Assembly: GCA_964016885.1 (NCBI GenBank)
Contig: OZ024743.1
Span: forward strand, 68,696,001-68,760,000
DNA from: Eledone cirrhosa
Taxonomy: Eukaryota
Length of the DNA: 64,000 nt
Direction: 5' to 3'
Position numbers and translations under genes: made by a program. Position 1 is the first letter of the stretch. Each line of letters starts with the position of its first letter. Positions 27,582 to 41,358 of this stretch are shown here, one piece after another. The notes beneath the pieces were generated by a model. It ran no database searches, was not told the DNA's origin, and saw only the letters and a list, made by a program, of their open reading frames with translations.

Positions 27582-27988
27582 TTAATCCGTATGGTCAGCA
27601 AATAGGGTCCCACGTGCTGGCCTCCCCACAGCCCCGGCGGACAGGATGGAGAAGACATTTCCCCGGAGGATGGTAAGGGAGAATCGCTGAAGGAGCCATT
27701 CCAACTCGCGAGGCTCACACCTACGGCTGGCCAGCTCAGCGCCTATGGTAGTGAATAGCGAGGTAGCCCTAGATCCAAGGACACCAGAAGTCTCCACTGT
27801 CAAGGATACAACCGCGAACCTGTCGGAAAGCGATCGGTCTTTGGAGAGTTTCACCTCCTCAGCCCAACGTGCAGCAGCGCCTGGGTTAATCGCAGACTGC
27901 ACCAGGTTGCGGCTGGAGAATGTGTCGGTGCAAGTGGCATCTCAGACGAGGGGTTTGCCACCACGGAATGGGAACATGGTCATACCGT
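27582..27988 (-). pseudogene. 3' fragment of a CRE-like non-LTR retrotransposon (RLE domain)
   Basis: FPFRGGKPLV*DATCTDTFS..AARWAEEVKLSK..VETSGVLG..LQRFSLTILRGN, typical of the CRE-clade C-terminus. Confidence 0.75.
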
Positions 27989-28585
27989 TATTACTGTTGT
28001 CTTTTGTTATGTATGTGTGTTTGTCTTTGTCTGTGAGTATGTGTGTATGTGTGTGCATATGTATATGTATCTCTCCCTCTGGATGGATATGTGTATGTTT
28101 GAAGTTGTTGTTGTGTGTGTTTATCTATAGGTTTATATGTACATATGTGTGGCTGTGAGAGTGTGAATGGATGGGTATGTCTGTGCAGTTTTTGTTATGT
28201 GTGTGTTTGTTTGTGACTGCATGTGTGTGGATATGTGTGTGTGTGTGTGTGTGTTTACGTATATGTATGTACATCTTTGTGTGTGAGTGTGTGCGAATAT
28301 GTGGATGTACGGCCGTGTGTGTGTGTGTTTGTAAGCGTATTTCTATGGATGTATGTGTCTGTGTGAAGTATTTGTTGTGTGTGTGTGTTTATATGTGCGT
28401 ATGTGTATGGGTGTGAGTGTGTGTGTGTGGATTGATGTGTGTGTGTATACATATGTCTGTGTATGGGTGTGTGTCTCTGAATGGATGTGTCTACGTGTGA
28501 AATCAAGTAATTGCTCGTATTACTACTTGTATGAAAAGTGAGGAGTGTTTATTTAATATCTATTGAGAGAAGGTAAAACTGGTGT

Positions 28586-28634
<49 letters not shown>

Positions 28635-28683
28635 CGGTGGTGGTGGTAGTGGTTGCAGTGATGGCGGTGGTAGTGGTGGAAGT

Positions 28684-28753
<70 letters not shown>

Positions 28754-28770
28754 ATAGCAAAAGTAGTGGT
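28586..28770. repeat. (AGT)n/(AGC)n/(GGT)n compound microsatellite
   Basis: Direct reading. Confidence 0.9.
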
Positions 28771-29446
28771 GATAGTCCTTGTTGGTGTTGTGTAGCTGAT
28801 AGTTTTGTGACTGTTGCACCTTTTTCGCAGTAGCTTTTGCCTGTGTTGTTGTTAGTGGAATGATGTGTGTGAGTTAGTGAAAGCAGACCTGAGTGATTTT
28901 GATGTTGAATCACCTAAATGAATCCCTTAATATCAGTAAAATGAGCAATACTAGGAAATACCGCAAACTAAAATCATGTTTAGGGATAATATGGAATTAT
29001 TTAATCTGAAATCCAACAAGGAATCCATAACATTTCCAAAGATAATAATCAGGTCTGGACAATGTTCTATTGTGATACTCGCAGTTCTATATTGATGCAT
29101 CGTATACCGATCTGGCTCATAAATATTCATAGAGTGGTTTTATTGTAACCGGAACTAGATGACTCCTAGGATTTATTCATTAAAAATGGATCATTAGGGG
29201 CGTTAATTTTCCACTGGTACGTCAAAAATGTGTTTAGAATAATTAAGCAAATAATCACAAGACAGTTATTAGGGGTAAAAGCTAACATATAAGAAATGCT
29301 GAGGTAGACCACGAGCAAGAAGTTAGATAACATCTATATCCTCCTTTGAGCTTCTAGATCCAGTCGGGTCATCTTGAAACGGTTGCTTAAAAAGAAACCC
29401 TCATGATAGCGTGGTTGCACTGATCTCATAGGAATAACAGTGTGCT

Positions 29447-29577
29447 GAAGAAGAAGAAGAAGAAGAAGAAGAAGAAGAAGAAGAAGAAGAAGAAGAAGAA
29501 GAAGAAGAAGAAGAAGAAGAAGAAGAAGAAGAAGAAGAAGAAGAAGAAGAAGAAGAAGAAGAAGAAGAAGAAGAAGA
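29447..29577. repeat. Pure (GAA)n, ~43 units
   Basis: Direct reading. Confidence 0.97.
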
Positions 29578-29939
29578 TATTTCAGAGATTCCTTCACCCG
29601 GTTACGTAACTTGGACTGTTGCATTAGTAACTACTGTGATAAAATAATTCTCCTAGACTGTCCAGATTACGAAAGGTTCTCTGCAAAACTGACAACTAAT
29701 CAATTTTCAAAACCTTAAAATCTTTTCAGCTCGTTACTGGTCATTGTTTTTATCTAAATTTTCGGTGAAGCAGGAATAGAAGAGATGGCGCTTAACACAA
29801 ACATTCTGATAGAAGGAATCAGAAGATCTTGAGCTGATTCCAGGCTTTTTGAAAGAAACACGAGATACATCCGTCATTCTGATTGTCAGATACACTACAG
29901 ACGTAACTAAAATCGTACGAAATATCTTAGCCAGGTTTA

Positions 29940-30545
29940 CCATATTTGTGACTAACAACTATATGACCTTCCTCAGATATTCTGCCGTAGCTATACTAGA
30001 TATACGAGATATATTACATTTGTGACTAATAAATGTATGACCCTTCTCAGATATTCTGCTGTAGCTACACTAGATATACGAGATATATTACATTTGTGAC
30101 TAATAAATGTATGACCCTTCTCAGATATTCTGCTGTAGCTACACTAGATATACGAGATATATTACATTTGTGACTAATAAATGTATGACCCTTCTCAGAT
30201 ATTCTGCTGTAGCTACACTAGATATACTAGATATATTACATTTGTGACTAATAAAGATATGACCCTTCTCACACATTCTGACTTAGCTATACTAGATATA
30301 CTAGATATATTACATTTGTGACTAATAAATATATGAGCTAACTCGGACAGATATACCTCATTTGCGAGTAACAACGATATGAGCTATTTCAGACACATAT
30401 TTGTAACTAAAAGAGACATGAGCAACCTAAGACAGATGTTATATATATATAAATATATGTGTGATTCATAAATATATGACCAACCTAAGACATTCTAATT
30501 AAGGATACTAGATATATTAGATATATTACATTTGTGATTAACAAA
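29940..30545. repeat. 74-bp minisatellite, ~5 good copies decaying to the right
   Basis: GATATATTACATTTGTGACTAATAAATGTATGACCCTTCTCAGATATTCTGCTGTAGCTACACTAGATATACGA recurs with period 74 (30001, 30075, 30149). Confidence 0.92.
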
Positions 30546-31530
30546 GGTATGAGTCTCCTAGAATTTTCTATGAGATATACAACACATGTTTGTCAGGAAA
30601 TATGAGTGTCTGAAGCAAAACCCCAAGAACTACTTGGACGGGTTGTTTGCCATAGGTCAACATTGAATGATGGCTGTCGACCTAATAATTCCATCACATA
30701 TTAATCGGTCCATACTGAAACCAGACATCATCTTGATTTGCAACCCAACAACAAATTGTGAAGTGATGAAGCTAACATATCTGGAACGATAGGATGGAGG
30801 AAGCTCGGAAGAGGAAGAAAGTAAAGTAACAGGAGTTGGAGGAGGACAATGGAGGGAACGGATGAAGGAGAACCAACGGAGAAATGAGGACCAGATACAT
30901 GCCAATGAAGTTTGGAAGCCGAAAGTTCGCAGCTCGTTTCTTTAGCAAACCCGACGAAACTCTACGCATGACGGGAATAAGGAATCGCAAAGGAATCGGG
31001 AACAACGCAGTAATATCCAAAATACACAATGGTAACAAGATACAACACTTATGACGTCTGCAATGTTTTGAATCCGGAGATATTGGAAGAATTTACCATT
31101 GTTTATGCTGTACATAGAATCACACTAAACAATAATTTGTAGATAGTGTATTCTGTTGATGTTGAAAATTTTAAATATATAAAATCTATTGGCATTGGCG
31201 TTTGTATGTCTTATACATAGAAGTATATTTAAATTGTTACATGTTATAATGCTGGCACTGCAGGCTAGATTTGAAAAGCTTAGTAGATCACACCGCAAAG
31301 TTGATGAAAGATCTATCTCTTTGTTAATACATACGAAGATTTCAAAGTGGCAGCTGGAAATAAAGAATTAACATTTACATTAATTTATCACTGAGTAATA
31401 TGGTGTAGTGTGGTGAGTAATAATAGGTGAAATAAAGTATGGTGTGGTGAGGTGTGATGTGGTGTTATGTAGAGTAATATAGTCTGGTGACTTGTCGTGT
31501 CGTTAGTATGGTATACCTGTTATAGTTTAA

Positions 31531-31690
31531 TACTAGCAGAATGGCCCGGCGTTACTCGGGATTTTCTCAAGGGTTCTTATATATTTGATATATATTTGTC
31601 CTTCCTCATCGAGCCTCGTGATGTAAATACGTTTGTTTATATTTTGTTATTGTGTATTCAAAAATATCTGTACACGAATATATAATTATA
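31531..31690 (-). mobile_element. Non-autonomous Helitron-like 3' end
   Basis: TACTAGCAGAATGGCCCGGCGTTACTCGGG plus ~150 bp homologous to 38231-38385. Confidence 0.7.
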
Positions 31691-31697
31691 TATATAT

Positions 31698-31821
<124 letters not shown>

Positions 31822-32203
31822 TTCAAGAGTAACCAATCTTAAAGAGAGAGTTAGATAGACCCAGGACACCATAGTGAAATACCAATATATGGAACATTAC
31901 ATTCATGTAACCATCTTTCTTTACCTTAATTTATATTCCTTTTGAAGTTCCGATGAACTGCTCCAATTTTACCTAAGTTAATTATCTTCAACTGAACCAG
32001 ATCAATAATAATCAATAATCATTTGATCGAGAAACATTATATGGAGTAGCGAAAGGATTGTAAACGGACATTATTCGTATTATTATTATTATTCGTATTA
32101 TTATTATTATTCTTTACATTCCTTACATTAAACTACAACTATGTTGACAATCTTTAAATAATGTCTTCCTTGTAAAATTCGTGGTCTTGTTTTGCTTAAC
32201 TAA

Positions 32204-32237
<34 letters not shown>

Positions 32238-32332
32238 TGAAGTAATTCCGTCGGAAAGGTCCAGGGAAAAAGAGTTCTCTATGTAGGTTACAGAGCTTAA
32301 TAGTTATGTAATAAACAACAGAACGCAATTAT

Positions 32333-32394
32333 TTCATTTACCAGTGGTTTCTTGAAAGCAAACAAATTTTGCTTTCAATCATCATCAGAATGAA
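32333..32394 (-). ncRNA. Type I hammerhead ribozyme (family B)
   Basis: TTCATT-CTGATGA-(TGA)TTGAAAGCAAA ATTTG TTTGCTTTCAA-GAAA-CC ACT GG-TA-AATGAA. Confidence 0.75.
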
Positions 32395-32562
32395 AAAATC
32401 CTGGTGTATTTATTGACATTGGATTTTAAAAGCAAAAATATAATCTATATGAATGTGAGGCTGGAAAAGGAAGAAGGAAAGGAAAAATAAACACACATGC
32501 ACACACACACACACAATTAGATACACACACATATATATATACACATATATATACATACATAT

Positions 32563-32611
<49 letters not shown>

Positions 32612-32728
32612 CATACATACACATATACATACACGTACAAATACACATTCATATACATACATACACACATATATATCAACATATCCATACATACACATTC
32701 ACACAAATACACAAACACACACACACAC

Positions 32729-32841
<113 letters not shown>

Positions 32842-33185
32842 TATATACATCTCTCTCTCTCTCTCTCACTCTTTCTCTCTCTCTATATATATATATACAT
32901 ACATACACATAATCATACATATATACACACGTACATACACACACATACATACATGCATACATACGCATACGCAAATATAGATATATGTTTACACACCTAC
33001 ATACGCACACACACAATTAATTATAAGAAAAAATATTATAATAAAAATACCGTCACATAAGAATACAAAATAAATGTAAAAATTATTATAAAGTTGACAG
33101 CGATACAGGCAACAAATAAATGAACAAACACACGTGGTAAGCAATACACACAATTGCACATACACATACATACATAAAAATAAAT

Positions 33186-33216
<31 letters not shown>

Positions 33217-33247
33217 TATATACATACATACACATACACATAAACAT

Positions 33248-33305
<58 letters not shown>

Positions 33306-33315
<10 letters not shown>

Positions 33316-34150
33316 ATAAATCATGTCTACAGAATTATTAGATAAACAAAATATATACTCCATTTCCTCTGCCAAACAGCACAATCAACCATATAAAATA
33401 TCAATTATACTAAGCCATAAGGATAAAAGCTCCTATGGAGAAATCTCCGACAAATAAACGAGAGTGGCTTCTTCGCGGTATCCTCAGCAGGTTATTTATC
33501 CAACATTTCGACAGCATGCATAAATCGACCAAGTACACAATTAACCATATGCAAGGGGCGATATTTGGCTGCGCTTTCGAGCGACCGGCCTACACGCCGT
33601 CAACAGCCAATCACATTCTTTCCAACTTGACCACGGCCATACTGTGATTCTTAGCCATATTTGAATCCAATTTTGGCGCGATCGGCTTGGAATACTAAGT
33701 GTCTATTTTTGAGTTTATCTCCTGATGATTCCGAACTCAATGGATTTCCTATTAATAGGATATCTAAAAATACGGATGAAACCATGGTAGGGATGTAGTT
33801 ACGGTATGTACACAGTTCTTCTATGTTTGATTTTACACCGAATTGCATATGGTTAATTGTGTACTTGGTCGATTTATGCATGCTGTCGAAATGTTGGATA
33901 AATAACCTGCTGTGGATACCGCGAAGAAGCTACTCCCGTTTATTTGTCGGAGATTTCTTCATAGGAGCTTTTATCTTTATGGCTTAGTATAATTGATTTT
34001 TTATATGGTTGATTGTGCTGTTTGGCAGAGGAAATGGAGTATATATTTTGTTTATCTAATAATTCTGTAGACATGATTTATAATAATATATTGCTCTGAG
34101 TATTTAATTTATTAATTCTTCATAGAGCTAAAAAGTGACCGGTTGTAACA
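33306..34150 (+). mobile_element. Non-coding HHR element (family E) with a ~250-bp 5' inverted duplication, in (TA)n
   Basis: 33306-33554 is the reverse complement of 33843-34090; the unique middle holds an HHR; diverged relative at 50650-51240. Confidence 0.82.
33717..33794 (+). ncRNA. Type I hammerhead ribozyme with extended helix II
   Basis: ATCTC-CTGATGA-TTCCG..TCCTATT AATAGGA..CGGAT-GAAA-CCATGG-TA-GGGAT; palindromic helix III; predicted cut after GUA at 33789. Confidence 0.8.
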
Positions 34151-34175
34151 TATATAAATTTATGTATATGTAAAC

Positions 34176-34238
<63 letters not shown>

Positions 34239-34653
34239 TATATACACACACACACATATAAATACATACATATACACACACACATACATATAAATACATA
34301 CACACACATGTATGTGTGTAAAACTCATTCTTAATTGTATTCATTGAACCTTGTTTAATTCTTAAATATATATATATATATACAAATACATATATATATA
34401 TATATACATACATATACACACACACAAATATATAAGAAAATACATAAATATTATATATATATAAAAATAAAAAGATGAAAGGGGTAAACAAATAGTTGGG
34501 AATACAACAAATAATAAATAAATAAATAATTAGAAAAGGGTATAAATGTGTATACCTGATTTAGAGCACTCAACAAGTTCCTGGAGCAAATGATCAATGA
34601 AAATAAGCATTAAATCACTGTATGTAATTATGCATATACATACACATACATAT

Positions 34654-34702
<49 letters not shown>

Positions 34703-34853
34703 ACCATAAAATACACACACAGAAATATAAAAACACAAACACACACATATATACACACACACAAATACAACAGAAGCATATAAAATACAATTATATACAC
34801 ACATACATATACATACAGATATATATAATTATATATACACATACATATACATA

Positions 34854-34908
<55 letters not shown>

Positions 34909-34947
34909 GATATTAATAAACAGAAACTATATTTATAAAACCATATT

Positions 34948-35012
34948 TATTTCATTATACATATTTCAAGGACACCATGTTTAATTATGGTATGCCTTCA
35001 TCAGACAAAATA
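34948..35012 (-). ncRNA. Type I hammerhead ribozyme (family C)
   Basis: TATTTTGT-CTGATGA-AGGCATACCAT..ATGGTGTCCTT-GAAA-TATGTA-TA-ATGAAATA. Confidence 0.72.
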
Positions 35013-35052
35013 CAATATATACCACTTTTATAAATAAACATTAACATGTTTA

Positions 35053-35153
<101 letters not shown>

Positions 35154-35372
35154 GCAACACACACACACAGAAATAAATATCGAAAAATAAAAAAGGTGGG
35201 TATGTAAAGGGTAAGGTAGAAAGTAGGGGGGAATAAGGAAAATAAATACATAGGAAAAGGTTTAAATATAAGAGGAGATAAGGGAGAAAAAGAATATAAG
35301 TGTACAGAAAGTGAGTTCAGAAGGTAAAAAAAATCGTAGTGGATGTAAGGCGTAGAGAGCAGAGAAGAAGTT

Positions 35373-35468
<96 letters not shown>

Positions 35469-35636
35469 ATATGTATGTATATATATGTGTATGTATATAT
35501 ATGTGTGTATGCAATTGTGTGTGTGTGTCTGCATGTGTGTTTATTTTTCCTTTCCTTCTTGCTTTTCCAGCCTCACTTTCATATACATTATATTTTCGTT
35601 TTTAAAATCCAATGTCAATAAATACACCACGATTTT

Positions 35637-35695
35637 TTCATTTTGATGATTGAAAGCAAAATGTGTTTGCTTTCAAGAAACCACTGGTAAATGAA
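35637..35695 (+). ncRNA. Type I hammerhead ribozyme (family B), C3 mutated to U
   Basis: TTCATT-TTGATGA-TTGAAAGCAAA ATGTG TTTGCTTTCAA-GAAA-CCACTGG-TA-AATGAA. Confidence 0.7.
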
Positions 35696-36198
35696 ATAAT
35701 TGCCTTATGTTGTTTATTACATAACTATATATATATATATATTTCATTAGGTTTGTTGGTTCACCACAGGATAGAACTGGTCATTCCCTATCGTCAATCC
35801 TGTTGTAATATTCTGACGAGTACTCAACGCAGTGCAGTTCACCCATCTTCCTTTGTGTAGTTGGTGGTGCGAATACGGAGTTAATTATACATGAAATAAA
35901 ATAACAGGAGACTGGACTGGTGTAAATCCTTGAAAGGTTTATTATACTATGATCATTTCAATGACCGGCATCCATATGAATCCGGTGATATCATCAGGTA
36001 TTGGAATATAACAAAGGAATATGTAAAAAACCATGGGTCCGAAAAATCAGAGACAGAGACAGAGAAGACGACTGACCAACTAGCTTCTCGGCCAGTCGCC
36101 CTCAAAGTGTTGGCAACTGAAGCTACTAATGAATATCTGGTGAGGCGACGAAGGCTTATAATGCACTACCACCACTCCGTCAAAGAAGAAGGGGAAAA

Positions 36199-36278
<80 letters not shown>

Positions 36279-36860
36279 AAAAGAAAGAAAGGGGGAAAGA
36301 AGTGTAGTGTAAGGGTCATACTACATTCATGCTAGAAAATGCCGCGAAAAAATGCTACCCCAAAGAATCTATAATGTGTGTCTGTATGGTCTAATGTGTG
36401 AACCGAAGATTGGAACGTTAAACATATGTTGCGAGTTATAGGATGAAATTAAATTAAATTAAAAATAGTAAATTGCAAAATGATAAATTGAAAAATAAGT
36501 TATTAGAGAATTAAAGATTAAGGTAGCGAGATTTATTTATTTAATGAACTTACGGAGAGAGTATTATATGAAAAGATTTATCTCGATACGATATTAGGAT
36601 GGGTAAAAGAGTAAAGATTTCAATTGGGAGTCCCAGCCAGCCCCCCCCCCCCCCCACACCATGAGTTAGCCAGTCTCAAGGGGTATCGTCCAGCGAAAGA
36701 AATGGAAATTAATTTTTCCGAGTACTCTAGGAACGTGGCTACCTTAGGCTCCGGGAGCGCTAGCGGGAACTCCACAATCTCGAGAGGTCATCGTCTATAC
36801 CAAACGTATACTATTTATCATCAGGTTTCATATATTAACTAAATTTCTTAATTAATTATA

Positions 36861-37158
36861 CTACATTTTAAATTTATATTTATATTTAAACGTTGAGTTC
36901 AATCTATGTCTGCAGCAACTGAATAAATTGCTCCTTAAATTAAGGGAATTTTTGGACTTTAATATAAAGAATATTTCCTCTACACAAAGATCACAATTCT
37001 CTGATGAGGAATTAAAAGGAATCCCTTTTGAGACAATATTCCAAATCATCGAATATTTAACATTATCTCGTTTAAGGTGCCAGAGTAGGCTAGATAGCGA
37101 AGTTGAGGATTTTTTGTTTGGATCTGTGAAAGAATTCTTATATAAATTGTTAATTTAA
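36861..37158 (-). pseudogene. Penelope-like GIY-YIG endonuclease C-terminal fragment
   Basis: STSLSSRLWHLKRD..IWNIVSK..CDLCVEE..LNLRSNLFSCCRH. Confidence 0.8.
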
Positions 37159-37540
37159 CTTAATATGACATGACGTAAAATTGTCACTATATCCTCCCCT
37201 CTCTATAAAGTACTTCCTCTCTCTTCAGTTTCTCTATCTGTATGATGAATTATTATCTCTCTGTTGCTTTCTTTTGTCTTTCTTATTTCTTTCTTTTTTC
37301 TTTCTTTTTTCATTTCCTCCTATCTATTTTTATATATATATTCCTTTTCTCTCTCTCCTTCTTTTTTCTCTCTCCTTCTTTATCTCCGTTTTTCTTTTCT
37401 CTCCGTCTTTTTTCTAACTGTGGTTAACACTATAACTAATAAAATAATTATAAACATATCACTATCCAGACAGCTTCCAAAAGTAATGGTCGCTTCTAAT
37501 AGGGTACGTCAAAATTATTTGTAAAACTGTTTATATATTG

Positions 37541-37605
37541 TATTTTGTCTGATGAAGGCATACCATATCTTAATTTGGTATCCCTGAAATATGTATAATG
37601 AAATA
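37541..37605 (+). ncRNA. Type I hammerhead ribozyme (family C) in a pLTR ending ~37740
   Basis: TATTTTGT-CTGATGA-AGGCATACCA..TGGTATCCCT-GAAA-TATGTA-TA-ATGAAATA. Confidence 0.75.
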
Positions 37606-37754
37606 AATATGGTTTTATAAATATAGTTTCCATTTATTTAATATCGTATATCTACTGCAAAAACTTGTCGAGTGCTTTATATCAGTTATAAAATATTTAC
37701 TTGTTGTATCCCAACAATTTTAAATAAAACTTTTGCATATATATATATATATAT

Positions 37755-37876
37755 ATTAAAATAACAGATTAAAGTTTAAGCAAAGAATCGCTGCTTTCAC
37801 CCTTAACGGGATCTTCTGAAACTAAAATAATAAATCTGTGGACGCAGAAGTAAATATTTCGAAAAACGTTACACAC

Positions 37877-37916
<40 letters not shown>

Positions 37917-38511
37917 ATATATACATATATATACACACACAGGTAGCGTCATAATGTCGTGATGCAGACAGTCAGTCATGCAGAGAGATATTATAAGGGC
38001 GCAATATTATATCTATGTATCTATCTAAAAAGAAAGACTAAGAATTACAGAAAGAGATCGCTAACCAGCGCCTAATGCGGTCCCTATAGCATTGACAATT
38101 TAAAATATTGTTTGCTCAAAACATCACAGGATCATAAATATTACATGTAAAATTTGAAAACAATCGGTTGGGTGGTTCTCGAGTTTTAGGGAGTCAGACA
38201 GACAGATATACTCTATTTTGAGATATATAGACTAGCAGAATGGCCCGGCGTTGCTCGGTATTTGCTCTAGGGTTCTTATCTATTTGATATACATTTATCC
38301 TTATCGAGCCACGTTAATAAGTACGTTTGTTTATATTGTGTTATTGTGTATGTAAAAATATATGTACACGAATATATAATCATATATATATATATATAGA
38401 TAACACATTAAAGTTTAAGCAAAGATCGCTGCTTTCACCCTTAACGGGATCTTCGGAAACTAAAAAGATCAATCTGTGAACGCAGAAGTAAATATTTCGA
38501 AAAACGTTACA

Positions 38512-38560
<49 letters not shown>

Positions 38561-38859
38561 TAGCGTCATAATGTCGTATTGCAGACAGCCAGACATTCAG
38601 ACAGATATTATAACGGCACGACGTTATATCTGTGTATCTATCTAAAAAGAAAGACTAAGAATTATAGAGAGATCGCTGAATCACCTAATGCGGTCCCTAG
38701 GCCATTGAAAATACGAAATATATTTTGCTCAAAACAATCACAGGCCCATAAGTATTACATGTGTAAAGTTTGAAAACAATCGGTTGGGTGATTCTCAAGT
38801 TTTAGGGAGTCAGACAGACAGAGAGACAGACAGACATTCTCTGTTTTAGATATATAGAT
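37755..38859 (-). mobile_element. Tandem non-autonomous Helitron-like elements (partial 37755-38230, complete 38231-38859), each with a family-D HHR-like fragment
   Basis: Minus-strand 5' ATC/TCTATA, (CTGT)n microsatellite, 3' hairpin CCGAGCAACGCCGG plus CTAGT; 37755-38230 duplicates 38400-38859. Confidence 0.72.
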
Positions 38860-38939
38860 AATGTGGGGGAGTGTTGTAGTATAATGAATGGTACGATAGG
38901 GTTTAATAGAAATGTTTTGTATGATGGAGGATTAAAAGT

Positions 38940-39260
38940 GTAAAGATCCCCTTCGGTCACGATAGACCATGACATTTGCAACTAGAATGTTCCCCTCTGA
39001 GGCACAAGTTGTTTGTGGAAGACCAGCAGTTGCCCATACATACCAGTCTCCCCTCTCCACATCACCGATATTGTCGAAAGGAAAGGCATGTCCAATACAA
39101 CTTGACACCAGTGACGTCGCAACTCATTTCTACAGCTGTGTAAACTGGAGTAACGTGAAATAAAGTGTCTTGCTCAAGAAAACAAAGCAAAGCACGGTCC
39201 ATGGATCGAATTCACAGCCTTACCATTAAAAGCCCGGTGCTCTAACCACTAAGCCATGCA
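38940..39260 (-). mobile_element. CORE-type SINE, full length
   Basis: Minus strand TGGCTTAGTGGTTAGAG..GAATTCGATCC..TTGAGCAAGACACTTTATTTCACGTTACTCCAG. Confidence 0.82.
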
Positions 39261-39487
39261 ACAATTGAAGGGGCAGCTGTTTTAATTAGTCCAATATGTT
39301 CATTTTTACGCAAGTGACATAAAGTAGCTGCAAGATTCTCTTTAAAAATACATTTGTTGATCTAAAAACATTATTTGTCATTGAGCTTCACAAGCTCCTC
39401 TTCTTTTATCTCATCATCCTCTCGTTAACTTGTTTTCCCATTCCTTCTCATTCCCTCTCAACAAACACCCCCTCACACACACACACA

Positions 39488-39553
<66 letters not shown>

Positions 39554-39603
39554 TATATATATATATATGTGTGTGTAGATGAATATATATATACACACTC
39601 ATA

Positions 39604-39645
<42 letters not shown>

Positions 39646-40166
39646 AGTGGAAGCTTAGCAAAATCGAAGCTTTGGCTGCGGCCAAGCAAAGTCGACCTAC
39701 AATAAGGAATGAGTAGCAAAGCACTCAATCGAGCTAGGTCCTTAGAGTAATAACATTACGTTTAAATAGCTTGACAAATTGAATATTGCGGTAGGCAAAA
39801 CCCAACCATACAGTACCAAAACAACGAAAGAACTAATGAGGTTAAAACAACAGACTTGGATAGATCGAACGATATTCTGCAATACTTCCGATATGTTTCT
39901 ATGAATACGAAATCATCAATCCCACTTTCGTAACACGCAAGCTTGTGGTATTCCATGATCGAACAGGGGACTCACTTCATCGACAGATATGTAGATATCT
40001 AATAAAATGTTTTAGTTTGCTTAAAGTAGTGTATACAATATAAAATGTAGAAAGTGATATATGTAAGAAGGCTAAACAATGCAAAATGGACGGTAAGATG
40101 ATGAAGGCAATAAATTAGATAGCTACCTGTTAATCTTATTTTTTGTTGTTATTTCTTTCAACCTAA

Positions 40167-40276
40167 GTTCAAATCCCGCCGAGGTTGACTTTGCCTTTCA
40201 TCCTTACGGGGTCGATAAAATAAAGTACCAGTAATGCACTGGGTAATTTGCTGGCCTTGTGCCTAAAGTAGAAACA
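40167..40276 (+). mobile_element. 5'-truncated Nin-type SINE with a 19-bp TSD
   Basis: GTTATTTCTTTCAACCTAA at 40148-40166 and 40277-40295. Confidence 0.9.
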
Positions 40277-40454
40277 GTTATTTCTTTCAACCTAATATTA
40301 CGGGATTTAAATCTCCCTTCGTCAGAGAATAAGTAACTCTCGGAGATAAATAAATGTTCTGGTCTCTTCTCTTTGAAATTAGATTTAAATGTTCAACTTC
40401 AGGTTAACCAATATATGTCTAAAGACTATTTCAATCATGGAAGCTCACTAGGCC

Positions 40455-40690
40455 GGAGGTTATCCACGTTTCCATGGCGTTAAGCATTTAAGTGTAAAAT
40501 ATCTAACCCTGGATAGGACACCAGTCCATCTTAGGTTTAAATTCCCAACTACTCGTTATCAGTTGAGTATACCGGAGCAACGCAAATGAAGTGTTTTGCT
40601 AGAGAACACAACAGACATCACCGCAGTCAAGGAATCGAAACCACGACATCATTATCGTAAATTCAACATGCAAAATACTAGGCCACGGTC
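40455..40690 (-). mobile_element. Diverged CORE-type SINE
   Basis: Minus strand GTGGCCTAGT..GGTTTCGATTCC..CAAAACACTTCATTTGCGTTGCTCCGG. Confidence 0.65.
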
Positions 40691-40737
40691 TATAATACAC
40701 TCAACATTACATAAATACATATATATATATATATATA

Positions 40738-41200
40738 TAAGTATGTATACATATATGAATACAGACGTACGCTAGTATGCATATACATGCACACATACAT
40801 ATATGTACGTATGGGTTTACCGAACATTTATTATAATGCTCGGTTTGTTTGTAAACAAACAACACGAATTATTAGCCATAGAATGTTCGGCAACCATCGT
40901 TGGCCTGTTGTTCAACACTGACTAAATAATGATGAACTAGTTTCTAGCTTATTAGCTGTCATCAGAATCGTATACCTTCCTGTCAGTCGATTGAACGTTT
41001 GAAAGTATATAATTTCCTTATGCATATTAACGGCTGAGCAGCCTAATTTGCATATCGAGTGAGTTAGTCGGCCGGGTGAACCAAAAATGATAAATGAAAA
41101 AAATGAAACTTCATTTCTCACTATTAATACGGCTTATACTTAAATATAAGAATGTATACGTACATGCATATATGTATACAGACGTACGCTAGTATGTATA
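40738..41200 (-). mobile_element. Monomeric retrozyme-like element (family F) with a ~45-bp terminal direct repeat; HHR at 40931-40976
   Basis: Homologous to the 59.3-60.7 kb units; minus strand CTGATGA-C-AGCT AATA AGCT-A-GAAA-CTAG-TT; TACAGACGTACGCTAGTATG at both ends. Confidence 0.8.
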
Positions 41201-41358
41201 TATTTTTTTCACCTTAGCGATTCTGCTCCATTACGATTTGAACACATATATGTATATGTATGCGTGCGTTTTTCTTTTTTGGTCAGTTATAACATACGGC
41301 TCGGAAAAACCTATATATATACATTAGGGTAGTAGAGTGGGTAATAGGAACCAGTATA

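Noticed and set aside
29940-30545. CRISPR-like array
   Set aside because: Contiguous tandem units without unique spacers; eukaryotic context; no cas genes
30650-31060. Coding-like purine-rich stretch
   Set aside because: Stops and shifts in all frames and no recognisable motif; possibly an old LINE ORF1 relic but unsupported
35805-35850. CTGACGA plus short stem
   Set aside because: No GAAA or helix III; chance or too decayed
36780-36830. Minus-strand CTGATGA downstream of the GIY-YIG fragment
   Set aside because: Position fits a pLTR HHR but the GAAA half cannot be found
40296-40335. Minus-strand CTGACGA-AGGGA..TCCC-GTAA
   Set aside because: GAAA mutated and helix I not pairable; at best a dead relic
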